In this document: in pieces, positions 39,112 through 51,945 of the stretch
Layout: each line of letters opens with the position of its first letter
How positions within the stretch are numbered: position 1 is the first letter of the stretch
Source of the DNA: Octopus vulgaris
Lineage: Eukaryota
Assembly (NCBI GenBank): GCA_951406725.2
Contig: OX597835.1
Location: forward strand, 2,108,001-2,172,000
Reading direction: 5' to 3'
DNA length: 64,000 nucleotides
Made by a program: the position numbers and the translations under genes
Notes under the pieces: generated by a model
What the model saw: the letters and a program-made list of their open reading frames with translations, nothing else
Told to the model about the DNA's origin: nothing
Databases searched by the model: none

Positions 39112-40607
39112 TTAAAATTGTGTCTCATAACTATCTGAATGATCAGACAATGTTTCTTCGTCAGTCGAAATGGTCACCGAATTTGAATCGTCATTGCACG
39201 TTTCCTGCAGAGCTGCGTCCACATTGTCTCCAGCTGAAGCCGTCTCCACGCCAACGTTGTTGTTTTCATACTCTACATTCGCAGCCGCTGAACTTGTCGT
39301 AATCGAACTCCCCATCGACGTCTCCGTTTTCGCTGCCGTTGGTGTTCGTGCATTTGGCGTAAACTTCGTAGTTGCGGTCCGCTTTTTTGATGAAATGAAG
39401 AATGATGCTGCCTTTTTAAGTGGATTCTGTTTGGACTTGAAATTTGAATTTCCCGGTAAGCTTCGATCAGATGTAAATCTCAGCAACTTATTCTTTTTCT
39501 TTGATCTAACCTCAAAATCCTCATCAGAGCTTGATCTATCGTTTTCTTGTATTTGGGCATCGTTATGTGAATGAATGATTGCATCTGTTTCGAAAAGTGA
39601 ATTATGGTTTGAAAATTGAATACTTGTCAATTTATTCCTTAACTTTGGATATGATGAACCGTCGTTCTCACTTTCAGTAATACAAATGGAATCTTCCTGC
39701 CCATCTTTGTTCGATTTTACATTACTTTGGTTTCTCCTTTCCATTAATATTTGCGCAATTCCTCGAACAGTCTTCAAATCGTTACCAGTTGCTTGAGTGA
39801 CGAGACATCGCCATCTGTTTTTGATCTCGTCTGTTTTTCTGAAAACTTCTCCTTTTATGTCCTCGTTATCAAGTAGTGGCATCCAATTCATTTTTGGTTT
39901 GTTGATCGAAAATAGATGCGGCATTTCGTCCTGATTTACATAATCCTCCACTACATTAACCAACGTATTCTCGGCCTTCGACGGAAGATCTTTGTACAGG
40001 GATGGAGTCTTTGACTTATATATTTTCTTTGTTTCACGCCGATTCTTTTTCGTTGCGTAACTAGAGCTACCAACAGTATCGGTTGTTGCATCACTGACAT
40101 TGTCACCTTTACTTGCTGAAAGTAGACTCTGGCGACATTCTTCGATAATTTCTTTATTGATCGGCTTCAACGACAAATCGATAGTCGATAAAATATGTAA
40201 GAATGTACCGCATCGATGAAACAGCATAGCGATCAGTTGAATTACCAAAGTCACACCAAACACGGCTGAAAAGACAAGCGAAATGACATTTACGATTTTG
40301 GTTTTATTCGTGTCGGAACAGTAAATTTGTAAACCAATACTCTTGCTTGTCTGAACATTATATTCAATGGCATATATAACTACTACAAATAAGGCATTTA
40401 TTATGAAGAATGCCAAACAAACGTTGTTGCGAAGCTCGAGTAATTTTGTTTGCATTTCTTTCTTTTTCTTTTCATCTTCATCAATGGGATAAAGGTATTT
40501 TTGGATAAGCTCACGCCAGAATTCCTTTTCCTTTTCACTAAGTTCAGTCTCATTAAGAGTTTTCAAATACTCATGCTCCTGCCAGTATCTTGGTCTACCA
40601 CTCGAAT
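39112..40607 (-). CDS. CHS: Chitin synthase last coding exon
   Basis: atcag|ATTCGAG (phase 1); EKEFWRELIQKYLYPI...LLELRNNVCLAFFIINALF...QLIAMLFHRCGT, then a long hydrophilic tail and TAA. Confidence 0.92.
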
Positions 40608-41846
40608 CTGATTCATGAAAAAAAAAAAAAGAGAATAAAATTAATAATGAGAAAAATAAAATAAATAAAAGATAAATAAAAGGGGGAAATAGTATAATCG
40701 AGGCCTTAGGATTTATGCATTTACGGGTATTATTTTTAATTTTCCTCTTCTTTTGAACTGCGGACGTACTGAGCGAGATTTTAATAACATTACATTCATC
40801 ATCTTTATTAAAAACAAAAACCCCTACCAGTTTCAATTGATCAGACTGCCATGGGCTACATATCTTTTTTGTCAAAGAGTTTGCGTGAATTGGCCGGGTC
40901 GGTAAATCATGGAATCGAACAAAAATGCCAGGAAGTAGTTAATTACAAGTTATGTCCTTTTGTGAACCAAGTTTAAATCTTGTCTTTGGAGTCAATAAGC
41001 TAAAATATAAGTCAAGTACTGGGGTCGATTTAATACTCCTATAAAGTATCCTAGATGTGAATGATACAGAATGCTATTCTCAATCCGCTGCACTGAGAAT
41101 TGCACACTACCGTCCCAGCTGCGTTCGTCGAAAGTCTGTAGCTGCACCGTTCGCACTCGTATGCATAAAACAATGCAGTACCAAATCCCGTGCACGCACA
41201 CTCAACGCTTCCCGCAAGTCGACTCTGCACGAAACCCAATCTGCACGCCTTGCACACGAGCTATTCGAACCCACTCGAATACATACCAGCACCCCTGTGC
41301 ATATCACTTCAGATTCTTCTTGGTATCTATAATTTTTCTGGCCTCGCTTCACCTCCATCTATTCACTTCCCGCTTTCTGTTCACAATTCTGAACTTTGTT
41401 CTATTATCGCATTGTACACATCTCTTCCTTTCCCCTATCATTCGCTTACGACAAGTTCACTAAGAGGGAAAGGGATGAAATGGTTAGTTCCTCGATTCTT
41501 AGTCAAGAATCGAACCTTAGCCTTGATTTTCCCGTAAGCTTCTTCCCATTGCTCTTGGCATTCGTGCTTGGAAATTTAAGAGAGTCAACTGTCCATAGAT
41601 ATGCCCTATTCTTTTACTCAACGTCTCAGGTGAAATTTAGTCCAACGCAGATAGGCACATTCACTTTTTGGCCTCCCCAACTGCTTTCAGCTTTCGAAGA
41701 TGAATAAATTCAAATCCTTTCCAAATGTTTTCGGACACTTTGCTGTCGCTCTTAGATGTCGCACGTCTATCTTTTTCTAGCACCTTCATCTGACACAAAC
41801 TTACCAAAAATTGTGCGAGCCTTATCGCTACTATATATATATATAT

Positions 41847-41893
<47 letters not shown>

Positions 41894-42267
41894 CAGTATA
41901 GCCCAGCGTTGCTCGGTTTTGTTTCGACCCTTTAGAATTGGAATTTTTGAAAAGTAAAAATTTTGCATTGTGTAGCTTGTTATTCTTTTTAAGTGAACAT
42001 TTTTCTGGTTGAAATACACCGAAAAATGGCGACACGGCAGTCAAAAATCGTAAAAAATAGGGATTTTCATAGAAAAAAAAAGCATCTTTTTGATGTAAAT
42101 ACTTTTTGGTATTAACATGATCCGATTTGAATTTTTACTTCTACGGAGTGAAGAGCAAGCCTTCTTCTATCATACTCTCAATTTTGGTCAACTTATGCCG
42201 CAGGATCTCGGAGGAGATAGTGTTAGTTGAAGGCTACCAAACCTGCCACACATACAAACAAGTTCAG

Positions 42268-42335
<68 letters not shown>

Positions 42336-42642
42336 CGGGCGGCTTTTAAGCTACTGACCCCGAATGGGAAGATCTGCAAATAGATCTCTGACTTATTTTG
42401 AAGAATTTGTTTCAATTACTTCCTCCAGGGTCACATCTCAATGATGATCATATTCGCCGTAAAAAATTCATGTGAAAAGAATCGCTGAAAACAACCGCAG
42501 TAATGAAAACATAGGAATCCAAAATTTCAGGATTGCAGGTCCGGATTCGGCCCGGAATGTTTTTAATTTACTCATGGAGTCAGCCTGTAGGAGTAAAGTT
42601 GAAAAAGTGTGACACACTGACATTCACATTTATTATTGAGTG

Positions 42643-43190
42643 AGAGAGAGCAGTGCATGCCATCAAATTGACATTGGGGTAAAATATACAAAGCCCCAAA
42701 TACCCATCATGACTACCCGTCTGATAAGGGTACACCAGGCACATGCATCACAACCATATGTGCACGACATGGTGATCTCAGCACATGACCTTGCAGGTGG
42801 GGTCCAGTTAGAATTTTCTTCTGGTCGAGTAACCCATCCCACTCGAAAGGTCCCTGAATAAGGGTTGTTTAATGATGTTGAAAGAACCACCCATGTTTCT
42901 AGAGGTGAATTATTCAAACCCCAAAGAATTCCTCGCAACACCTGGCTATGATGCTCCCCCACTACTTCTGCTCATGATTAGAGATGCACATATCGTCTGC
43001 CACTAAGGGACATGCTCAACTGGTTAAGGTCAAACAACTGACAAGCAAATCTGTGGTATTGAGCAGAATATTTGCTGTAGCCCATCTTTTATACCAAGAC
43101 AAAACAATGTACATGATAACACTTCCAATCAGTTAAGATCAGAAGCCATGAGAGCCACTGCCTGGTACTGCATCAGGGCATTTATTATTA
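42643..43190. mobile_element. Interspersed retroposon-like repeat abutting an (ATA/ATG)n array
   Basis: Compositionally distinct block ending at the triplet array; no coding potential. Family not identified. Confidence 0.4.
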
Positions 43191-43337
43191 TTATTATTAT
43201 TGATAATAATAATAATGATGATAATGATAATGATGATAATGATGATAATGATGATAATGATGATAATGATAATAATGATGATAATGATAATGATAATGAT
43301 AATGATGATAATGATGATAATGATGATAATGATGATA

Positions 43338-43381
<44 letters not shown>
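43190..43381. repeat. (AAT/GAT)n compound microsatellite
   Basis: Directly visible; source of the poly-I, poly-D and poly-H ORFs. Confidence 0.95.
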
Positions 43382-43382
<1 letters not shown>

Positions 43383-44564
43383 AAAACAAACATAATTTTT
43401 GTTTTTAGACATTCACTAGTACAACACTAAATACAAAACCAAATATATGGCACACTAGGCATAACAACAGCATGAACTTCCAACATGTTGTCTCTTGAGG
43501 TCTCTGGGTGAGACTTGGAGCCAACTTGTACAAATGTAAAGCAAAAGTCAAACATAGAATAATAATGATGATGATGATGATGATAATAATATTAAAGCGG
43601 CGAGCTGGCAGAATCGTTAGCACACAGGGTGAAATGCTTAGCGGTATTTCGCCTGCAGCTACGTCCTGAGGTCAAATTCCGTCGAGGTCGACTTTGCCTT
43701 TTATCCTTTCGGGGTCGATAAAAAAATTAGTACCAGTTACGTACTGGAGTCGATGTAATCGACTTAATCCCTTCCCCCAAAATTTGAGGCCTTGTGCTCA
43801 CAGTAGAAAGGATTTATGAAAGTTGAAAAAGTGAGACACACTGACATTCCCATTTATTACGTGAGACATTTTTAATTTTGGGGAAACTTTATTTCAATTA
43901 AAGTCTATTTTATATGTGTGTGTGTATTAAAGAAAGCAAAAAATAAAACAAAAATGATAGTGTTCAGTATGTTGGCCACAGGAATTTCTGTCAAAGCGAC
44001 ATGGTTTAACAAAGTTGTATATCATTCCCTTCTTTCTCTCTCATTATTACTCCCACTGCCACCATCAACACTACTACTTTTAATAAAACATCAGCAACTC
44101 TCCCTAAATGTCTTTGTCTCTCTTTCCCTCCCTCTCTTTTTCTTTCTTTCTCTCTCTGTCTTCGCCACTGCCCTCACCGTCTCTATGCCTACTATTACTC
44201 TCACCCCATCATGTGGAATAGTAGAAGTGTCACTGAATAGTGAGAGGGGAGGAGTCAAAGTGTGACACACTGACACACAGAAATTAGTTTTCGCATTTAT
44301 TGTATTGGATATATACACGACGAGTTTCTCTCGGTTTCCGCCTACCATATCCATTTGTTTTTGGCCCGGGGCCTTAGTAGAAGACACCTAAGGTGCCACG
44401 CAGTGGGACTGAACCTGAAACAGCTACACCTGCACCTATACGATACTTTCATTATCACCTGGATTCTATATGAAATTCTAAAGTTGTTAATGCTTTCAAG
44501 GACTTGTGTAGGAATGGTAGCAAAATAACGGCAGCATTACAAAAGTACGATTGGGTTAGTATAC

Positions 44565-45314
44565 CTGTAGAAGCGAAGCGATTGCTTTCTGCTGTTTCTG
44601 CCACTGGCTGTTGTTCTTCTGGTTGTGGTTGTTGTTGTTGCATTGGTTGTTGTAGTATTGGTTGTTGTTCTATTGTATTGCTTGTTGTTTGCCGAGTTCC
44701 TGAGTTTCTGATCTGTTCTCGTCCTCTTTTTCCTCGTTTGTAGCATTATCGATCTTTATCAAGGGGACTGTTTGCTCTGAATCGATTTTCCTTGATGTTT
44801 TAGGTTTTATAATGTTATCCAGCTTTTCTAATATCGTCGCGAGAAGTGTTAACTCTTTGTTGGATTTCTCTTTCAGAAAACACAGACAGCGGCAAAGATA
44901 TCCACACGAAAAGGAATATTCTGATTCTTTTTCATTTCCCGCAGAAGAATTTGACATTAAAACATTCTTGATTTGACTACTAAAGCCCAATTTCTTTCCC
45001 TTGACAGGAGCGGGTTTACTTTTAGCTGAATTGTCTCGTGTTCCCCAGGTAATATTGTGAAGATTTCCCAGAGCATAAACCATCAACAGAATAGATGTGG
45101 ATGGCACAAAAAGAAAGTAAAGAAGACCGTGGAGAACACAACTGAATTCTTGTGGATGAGCGAGTGCAGACGTCAGGAATGTGCCGGCAACGAATGTGAA
45201 CAAAAAAGCGGTCGTCGAACAGAACTTGTACTCAAATATTTCTCTCATCAAACCAACGAACACAAGCATCATTGCTATAGTGTAGAAGAGCGTTATGATG
45301 GAGGCGAACTTCAG
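44565..45314 (-). CDS. CHS: Chitin synthase penultimate exon (WGTR), with an apparent 1-nt frameshift near 44672-44745
   Basis: ttcag|CTGAAG; HPQEF...NLHNITWGTRD. The frame hits TAG at 44672-44670. The shifted frame (IEQQPILQQPMQQQQ...FAST) reaches donor G|gtatac in the phase the next exon requires. Confidence 0.8.
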
Positions 45315-45365
45315 CTGAAAAACAAAAACACAATGTAGACTATATACATGTATGTGTGTATGTGT

Positions 45366-45460
<95 letters not shown>

Positions 45461-45542
45461 TGTGTACACACACATCTTCGGCTGAAATATCTTACTCAGG
45501 TTGGAATAAATGAAGTTTTATTATGTCTTATGAATAAATATA

Positions 45543-45679
45543 AGGTTGTCCCAAAAGTTCGTAGAAAGTCTTGGAAAATAACGGTCTTTATTTTGAGGAA
45601 TAATTTTTGTTGTTTTTGTTAGTACTTGGCGAGTAAAAATTCAATTTTCGCATGTGTTTACGAACTTTTGGGACAACCT
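45543..45679. mobile_element. Tc1/mariner-type MITE
   Basis: TIR AGGTTGTCCCAAAAGTTCGTA / TACGAACTTTTGGGACAACCT. Confidence 0.75.
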
Positions 45680-47251
45680 AATAAATATATGGAGTCATAC
45701 CTATATGTAATTAATCCAAATATGAAATTAAATCCCCGAGGGCCTTTTCGGCGACCTCTCCTCATCAGGATCGAACGAATCGGTTTCGCTGTTTTTACAG
45801 CTCATTAGAACTTGCTAACCGTTCCTTCTCGAGATGCTGAGATAAAGTTGCAGAAAGCTTATTAACAATGTAAAGAAAATTGAACCAGGTCCATTTTACG
45901 TGCATAACGATACAATGTATCTGTGTGTGTGTGTGTGTGTATCGGGGCCCTCCTCCATTCATGGAGAATCTATTTAACACACAGACGGGACCCTGACAAG
46001 TTCTACCGTTCCGAATCAGAACGGAGCTGGGAGTAATGTTAAGTAAGTTGTGAATTCATATTTCTCACACTTCAAAACTCACAGACTGAAGCCTCGCGAC
46101 CGGATGCAGTTTAATGTATGTCAATGTCGGTGTACATGCAAGGATGAAATAAAACAAATCAGGAGGAGGAGGAGGATCGCTACATCTTTTCAGGTCTTAC
46201 ACTCAACCTGATTTGATTTATTTCATCCTTGCATGTACATACCGACATTGACATACATGCATCCGGTAGCGAGGCTCCACGTCAATTCATACATACCAGT
46301 TAGTATATCAACACAAAATCCGGGCGAAAAATATTTCCAAATGCAGATATAAGCTGTAAAAGCAGAAATATGATCTGCTACATCAAATGCTCAGTTGTGA
46401 AGAGATACATGTTGGCCGGATGGGAAACTCATTGATGCACACACGAGTATACCAGCAACAAATTCGGGACAAAACCTCCGTCAGATCCCATTAGGCAATC
46501 ATTTAGAAAGATGTCAGAAAATATTTTTTTAAATATTCCCTCTATATAAACTTTATGATTCAAACGAAGTTAAAAGAAGAGTGAGAGAAGAGAATTTTAT
46601 TGAGAAGCTTGAATAAATTGGTGTTGCAGTGGGAGAAGGAGCAGATGAAAGATGCAGGCTGGGTATTGTAAGAGATAAAAGTGCTAAGGGACGAGAAGGT
46701 CATGGAGCTTGTGGTAGCATCTGAAGAAAGATGAAGTCCAATCTGACTTTATCCTTTCTTCCTACATCAGGAAGTAGCAGGGTTAAACTGGAGGCGACAG
46801 AAGTGCTGTGGGATGTTTCAGCGAAGAGGTAAGGTGATAGAATGATAGGCGAGAGGAAAGAAAGGTACATGTGGAGGAACGGATACCAAGGGTGAAGGTA
46901 AAGGTCCGGTCAGCAGCACGGGCGGCACGGGCGGCACGGCGGGTAACTTCAGTTACTGGTTGGTGGGATTTACATTACTGTGCCAAAGAGTGCTGAGTGC
47001 TGAGCACTTCACTGGCACTTGTGTCGTTAATGTAACCCTCAGGCAAAATCAGTGGGAAAAATATGTGCCACAAATCTGATGTGTTGAATCATACGATGGG
47101 AGTCAATAGGATGCGATTCAATGTAAGACTGTTTCTATGTTCGATCAGTTTCACTTAGTTACTCTCCACGTTCGTTAGTGTGTTTGAAATTAGTATTATT
47201 AAAGGAATCACGAAGTAATAGAAACACTACAGTCTACCACCATACTACTGG

Positions 47252-47285
47252 AGAAGAAGACGAAGAAGACAAAGAAGAAGAGGAA

Positions 47286-47323
<38 letters not shown>

Positions 47324-47526
47324 GGAAGAGGAAGATAAAGAAGAAGACGAAGAAGAGGAAGAGGAAGAAGAAAAAGAAGAAGAGGAGGAGGAAGAAGAAG
47401 ATAAAGAAGAAGAGGAAGAGGAAGAGGAAGATAAAGAAGAAGAGGAAGAGGAAGAGGAAGAAGAGGAGGAGGAAGAAGAAGAAGATAAAGAAGAAGACGA
47501 AGAAGAGGAAGAAGAAGAAGAAGATA

Positions 47527-47560
<34 letters not shown>

Positions 47561-47717
47561 TAAAGAAGAAGAGGAGGAGGAAGAAGAAGATAAAGAAGAA
47601 GAGGAAGAGGAAGAGGAAGAAGAAGAAGATAAAGAAGAAGAAGACGAAGAAGACGAAGAAGACGAAGAAGAAGAAGAAGAAGAAGAAGAAGAAGAAGAAG
47701 AAGAAGAAGAAGAAGAA
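47252..47717. repeat. (GAA/GAG)n purine tract
   Basis: Directly visible; source of the poly-E and poly-F ORFs; lies just inside a chitin synthase intron. Confidence 0.95.
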
Positions 47718-47769
47718 TGAAAAAATCATAAATTCAATAACGTAATAAAGTGAATAAAGTAATACATAC

Positions 47770-48167
47770 TTGCGTATCTTCTGGTGTGACAAAGCACAAG
47801 AACAGCATGATTACGACTGGGACGAGGTTAATAAAGAGAGAAGCTGTCAATGAAATGGACGGGAAAGCCGCAGACAAAGCGCCGACCACGAGGAGGAAAA
47901 TAGTCGCCGGCGTTATGATGGAGACGGCCATTAAACCCGTCTGGTAGACGATGTACGGCAAAGATATGCTACTGTTTACTTCTCGTACATGCCGCCAGTC
48001 CACCAGAAGTTCTATTATGTTTGCCATGGTAGACGGAGCCCATCGCCTTCGCTGCTTGAAGAATTCGTTAAAATTTTCAGGACAATAGGTCAAGGCATCG
48101 GACGCTGCGCAGTATTCGACCCGGGACCCTTCTTGTAGCAGAAGCGTACACAGCCATCGGTCTTCAC
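47770..48167 (-). CDS. CHS: Chitin synthase catalytic exon (EDR, QRRRW)
   Basis: ttcag|GTGAAGAC ... CAA|gtatgt; GEDRWLCTLLLQ...QRRRWAPSTMAN. Confidence 0.96.
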
Positions 48168-48338
48168 CTGAACGAACAAATAGATTTGTAATTAACAAAC
48201 GAGAGCTAACAACGTATTCAGTGCTGTGAAACCCTACCCGAGACCCCGAAAAGGGTTTTAATCAATTGAAATTACATCCGCAATGAAAAGAAAAAAAAAC
48301 CACGAGATTTAATGAAAAGTCTTATAAAAAAAAAAGCA

Positions 48339-48411
<73 letters not shown>

Positions 48412-48596
48412 TCCAAAATGCAAATTCATTAACAATTGAATGGAAACATACAATGAGGAGTTAATCTGATCTTTGATATAAATACGATAACAACTTCGGG
48501 CTGGTTTCGTTTTAATGTGACCTCGTCTGTGAAGCACAGTTTAACATGCACTTATCAATTTCAACATTTTTTTGAACTGGGTTGGAATAGAATATA

Positions 48597-49108
48597 CCGT
48601 AAATCCTCGAGTATAATCCGAATTTTTCCCCCAAAATTTAAAGGTCAAAATCCCTAGTGCTTATTATACACGAAGTTAAAAATGAAAATTATTTTCTAAG
48701 CAATGCCCGAGTCTCTATTTGCTGTCCGGCAATGTTTATTCAGACGCATTTTGTTATGTCGGGCACGAAAATACCTTAAGCTAAGCCTGAAAGCAATGAA
48801 GTCATAAAAGAATCATCCATAACTTGCAGTAAGCAACATTTATTAAACGTTATTACTGTTATTTCTTTATCTTCTGCAAACAAAATGCACAAAAAAGCTA
48901 CACGTTTGCATTATGTTATATAACCCAAAATAATAAAGGATGTTACCGTATACATTTTTACAAACCAAGGACGTTATATGGACCTCCTTGACTCAAGTTA
49001 GAGAAGGAGTGTGTATTATACACAAGGTTTAGGTTTTTCAGAGGTACAGCCCCCTAAAAATCCCCTGCGTATTATACTCAAGGGCGGACTATACTCGAGG
49101 ATTTACGG
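48597..49108. mobile_element. pogo/Tigger-like MITE
   Basis: TIR CCGTAAATCCTCGAGTATA(A/G)TCCG at both ends, with TA target duplication. Confidence 0.85.
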
Positions 49109-49341
49109 TAGTCAAATAAAACGTCTATATTCAGTACTTGACCTTATTTTGTCATTTTCCATGGAAAGGGTGCGTTCCATAGGTCAATCATTTCTTCAGC
49201 TAATACCAATATTTGTGGTCGCCTTTTTCGGGTAACTCTTTCTCCAGATTGTCTCCTTCACGGAGTTACAGTTCTATTATCAAGTGCAGGCCACGATTTA
49301 GAAAACAATTCTCTACCAGCAGGAAAATGTGCTTGCCACAA

Positions 49342-49374
<33 letters not shown>

Positions 49375-49389
49375 TGTGTGTGTGTGTAT

Positions 49390-49453
<64 letters not shown>

Positions 49454-49539
49454 GTGTGTGTGTGTGAGTGTGAGTGTGTGTGTGTGTGTGTGTGAGTGTG
49501 TGTGTGCGTGCGTGCGTGTGTGTGTGTGTGCATAATTAC

Positions 49540-49740
49540 CTTGGTCGTACTGTACATGGTGTTTGGCTTCAGTTGGCATTGTGGTGTATCGCCTCAGAAC
49601 GTTTGGCTTGATTAGTGCTGATCCTCGGAAAAGGCTAAAGCATCCGGGACTGCAAAGAACACATCCGGTCATGTGTTCAGCGGATTTCTGTAACCAATGA
49701 CTGACTGCATATTCAAATTTCTGGTACCATACCATTGGAC
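49540..49740 (-). CDS. CHS: Chitin synthase exon (QKFEY)
   Basis: tccag|GTCCAATG ... CAAG|gtaatt; PMVWYQKFEYAVSHWLQKSAEHMTGCVLCSPGCFSLFRG...VQYDQ. Confidence 0.95.
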
Positions 49741-51734
49741 CTGGAAACAAATATATGTTTATATATATATAAAGAGAGAAAATATGAGGGGTTTAGTTCA
49801 TTGGTGATCTCGACGAATAAATACATTGTGTAAGTGCTACAATTGGACATCCGTTATGTTCCAAGTTCACAGCTAAGGCTGGAGCTAGGGGTCCATAGTA
49901 GGCTTCCGAGTTAGCAGGTACACGAAGCCCAGTTACAACTACAGCCGGCTATTACCAGTAAAGGCTTTAGTTGCCAATTCTGTACAAGACATTGTAGATC
50001 TTTAGCTGGGTTAAAAAGTCACATTCGATCACAGCACCAATAACAGTTAAGCTTCGTGCAATGGCCATACTCGATAACGAGGGGGGAAGGCATAAATAAA
50101 TAAATAAATAAATAAATAAATATAAATATATATATATATACTACTTGGTGTAATTGATAATTATTCCAAATTAATTAATTTCACCCTTCATTGTTACTGA
50201 TAACTATATATATATATATATATACATACATACACACACACACACAGCGTGGCGCAAAAGTCGCGCACCGGTAAAATAACACTTTGCTATAACATCTTTA
50301 TATTTGATAATTTTTTGTAATTAAATGTGATAAATGCCAGTAAAATGATGATTTTAATTTTAGAACCATGTTATAAAATTTTTAAATGTTAATTTCGCCA
50401 ATCGATAGATTGACACACGAGGTCCCGTGTCTTGGCCTCCGAAGTTCTCACGAGTGAAAATTCTGTAAAATAATAGTATTAATAAGCTTGAAGCTTATAA
50501 GCGTTCACCATATATTCGTTATAGAAAATAGTCTAATATTGGGGATTTATAAACACTGGACGAAAAAAAGAAAAGGGTACAAATACTCCTTTTATCCTTC
50601 GTCATTCAAAATAACCTCAGATGTAGCAGGAAGAAAGCTTCCCCTCAGTGGGTGGGTGGCGGAATTTGTAATACCAGTAAACGGAGGTTATTTTGAATGA
50701 CGAATTATAATAGGAGTATTTGTACGCAAATCGACCCCAGGACTTATTCTTTGTAAGCCTAGTACTTATTCTGTCGGTCTCTTTTGCCGAACCGCTAAGT
50801 TACGGGGACGTAAACACACCAGCATCGGTTGTCGAGCGATGTTGGTGGGACAAACACAGACACACAAACATACACACACACATACATATATATACATATA
50901 TACGACGAGCTTCTTTCAGTTTCCGTCTACGCAATCCACTCACAAAGCTTTGGTCGGCCCGAGGCTATAGTAGAAGACACTTGCCCAAGGTGCCACGCAG
51001 TGGGACTGAGCCCGGAACCATGTAGTTGGTAAGCAAGCTACTTACCACACAGCCACTCCTTCTCTTTACATATATGCAAGTGCCTTTGGTTTTACAAACG
51101 GGGACGAGAGAAATCAACAGGTATTGCACGTTACGTGTAATTCTTATCGTTATTCCTTAGAATTCTAGGACACCCTGCGAGATGAAAAACAAAACCCATC
51201 AAAGGGCGGAGGAACTCTTGAGAGTCAACGGCCATCCAATAAATGTCTTAAGGCTGTATCATGCGCGGGGACATAGAAATAATCGGACTGAATACCCGAT
51301 CGCGCGGTTAAACCATTGGGAGTGAAGGACTCCTAGCCTTTGCTAGGGCATCCTTCTAGGAGAAGGTAACTCAGGTAACTGGGATAACTCCGATATAAAA
51401 CCTGCGGCTCAGTGGTTACCGATGATGTTGACTTGTTCTTCTTTTCGGATTATGGCTGCTGTTTCTTAGTGAGTGGGATTGACTCAGTGCACAGCCTTTC
51501 CTCACTTTAAAAAAAATCTTCTTGCACAGGCATTGCACGATAACAACATTGATTAAGCTTCGTGCAATGGCCATACTTGATAACGAGGGGGCAGCCACCA
51601 TGTATGTATGTATGTATGTATGTATGTATGTATGTATGTATGTATGTATGCATGTATGCATGTATGCATGTATGTATGCATGTATGCATGTATGCATGTA
51701 TATATAAACTCCTTCGCTCTACTAAACGACTTGC

Positions 51735-51945
51735 CATTTCCAATGGGGTGTATTCTTCCACAAGCTGCCCCGACCACAGGGTTTCTCTTCATTCTGTCCA
51801 ATAAAAGTAGAACAGACGACGGTTCGAAATCTACATCTCCGTCTAAAGCTAGCAAAAATGTATTTTCGGAACGTCTGACTTTTTGACGTAACTTGATATC
51901 AACGGATGCAATCTGGTGGCCCAAGATGTAGTACATGTACATAAC
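51735..51945 (-). CDS. CHS: Chitin synthase exon (DGD motif), ending at a GC donor
   Basis: ttaag|GTTATG; VMYMYY...LALDGDVDF...GAACGRIHPIGN(G), followed by gcaagt. Confidence 0.92.

Noticed and set aside
40608-40875. N-terminal part of the 587-aa ORF
   Set aside because: Intronic sequence upstream of the acceptor at 40608-40609; open by chance.
42960-43030. HDV-like ribozyme on the minus strand
   Set aside because: P1 and P2 helices could not be assigned convincingly.
43139-43430. Poly-I, poly-H, poly-D and poly-M ORFs
   Set aside because: Triplet microsatellite.
44670-44672. Rescue of the CHS TAG by A-to-I editing or stop read-through
   Set aside because: Reading through leaves the donor in phase 0, and the next exon would then hit TGA after 14 codons. 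Only a frameshift restores the protein.
47178-47792. Poly-E and poly-F ORFs
   Set aside because: Translations of a (GAA)n tract inside an intron.
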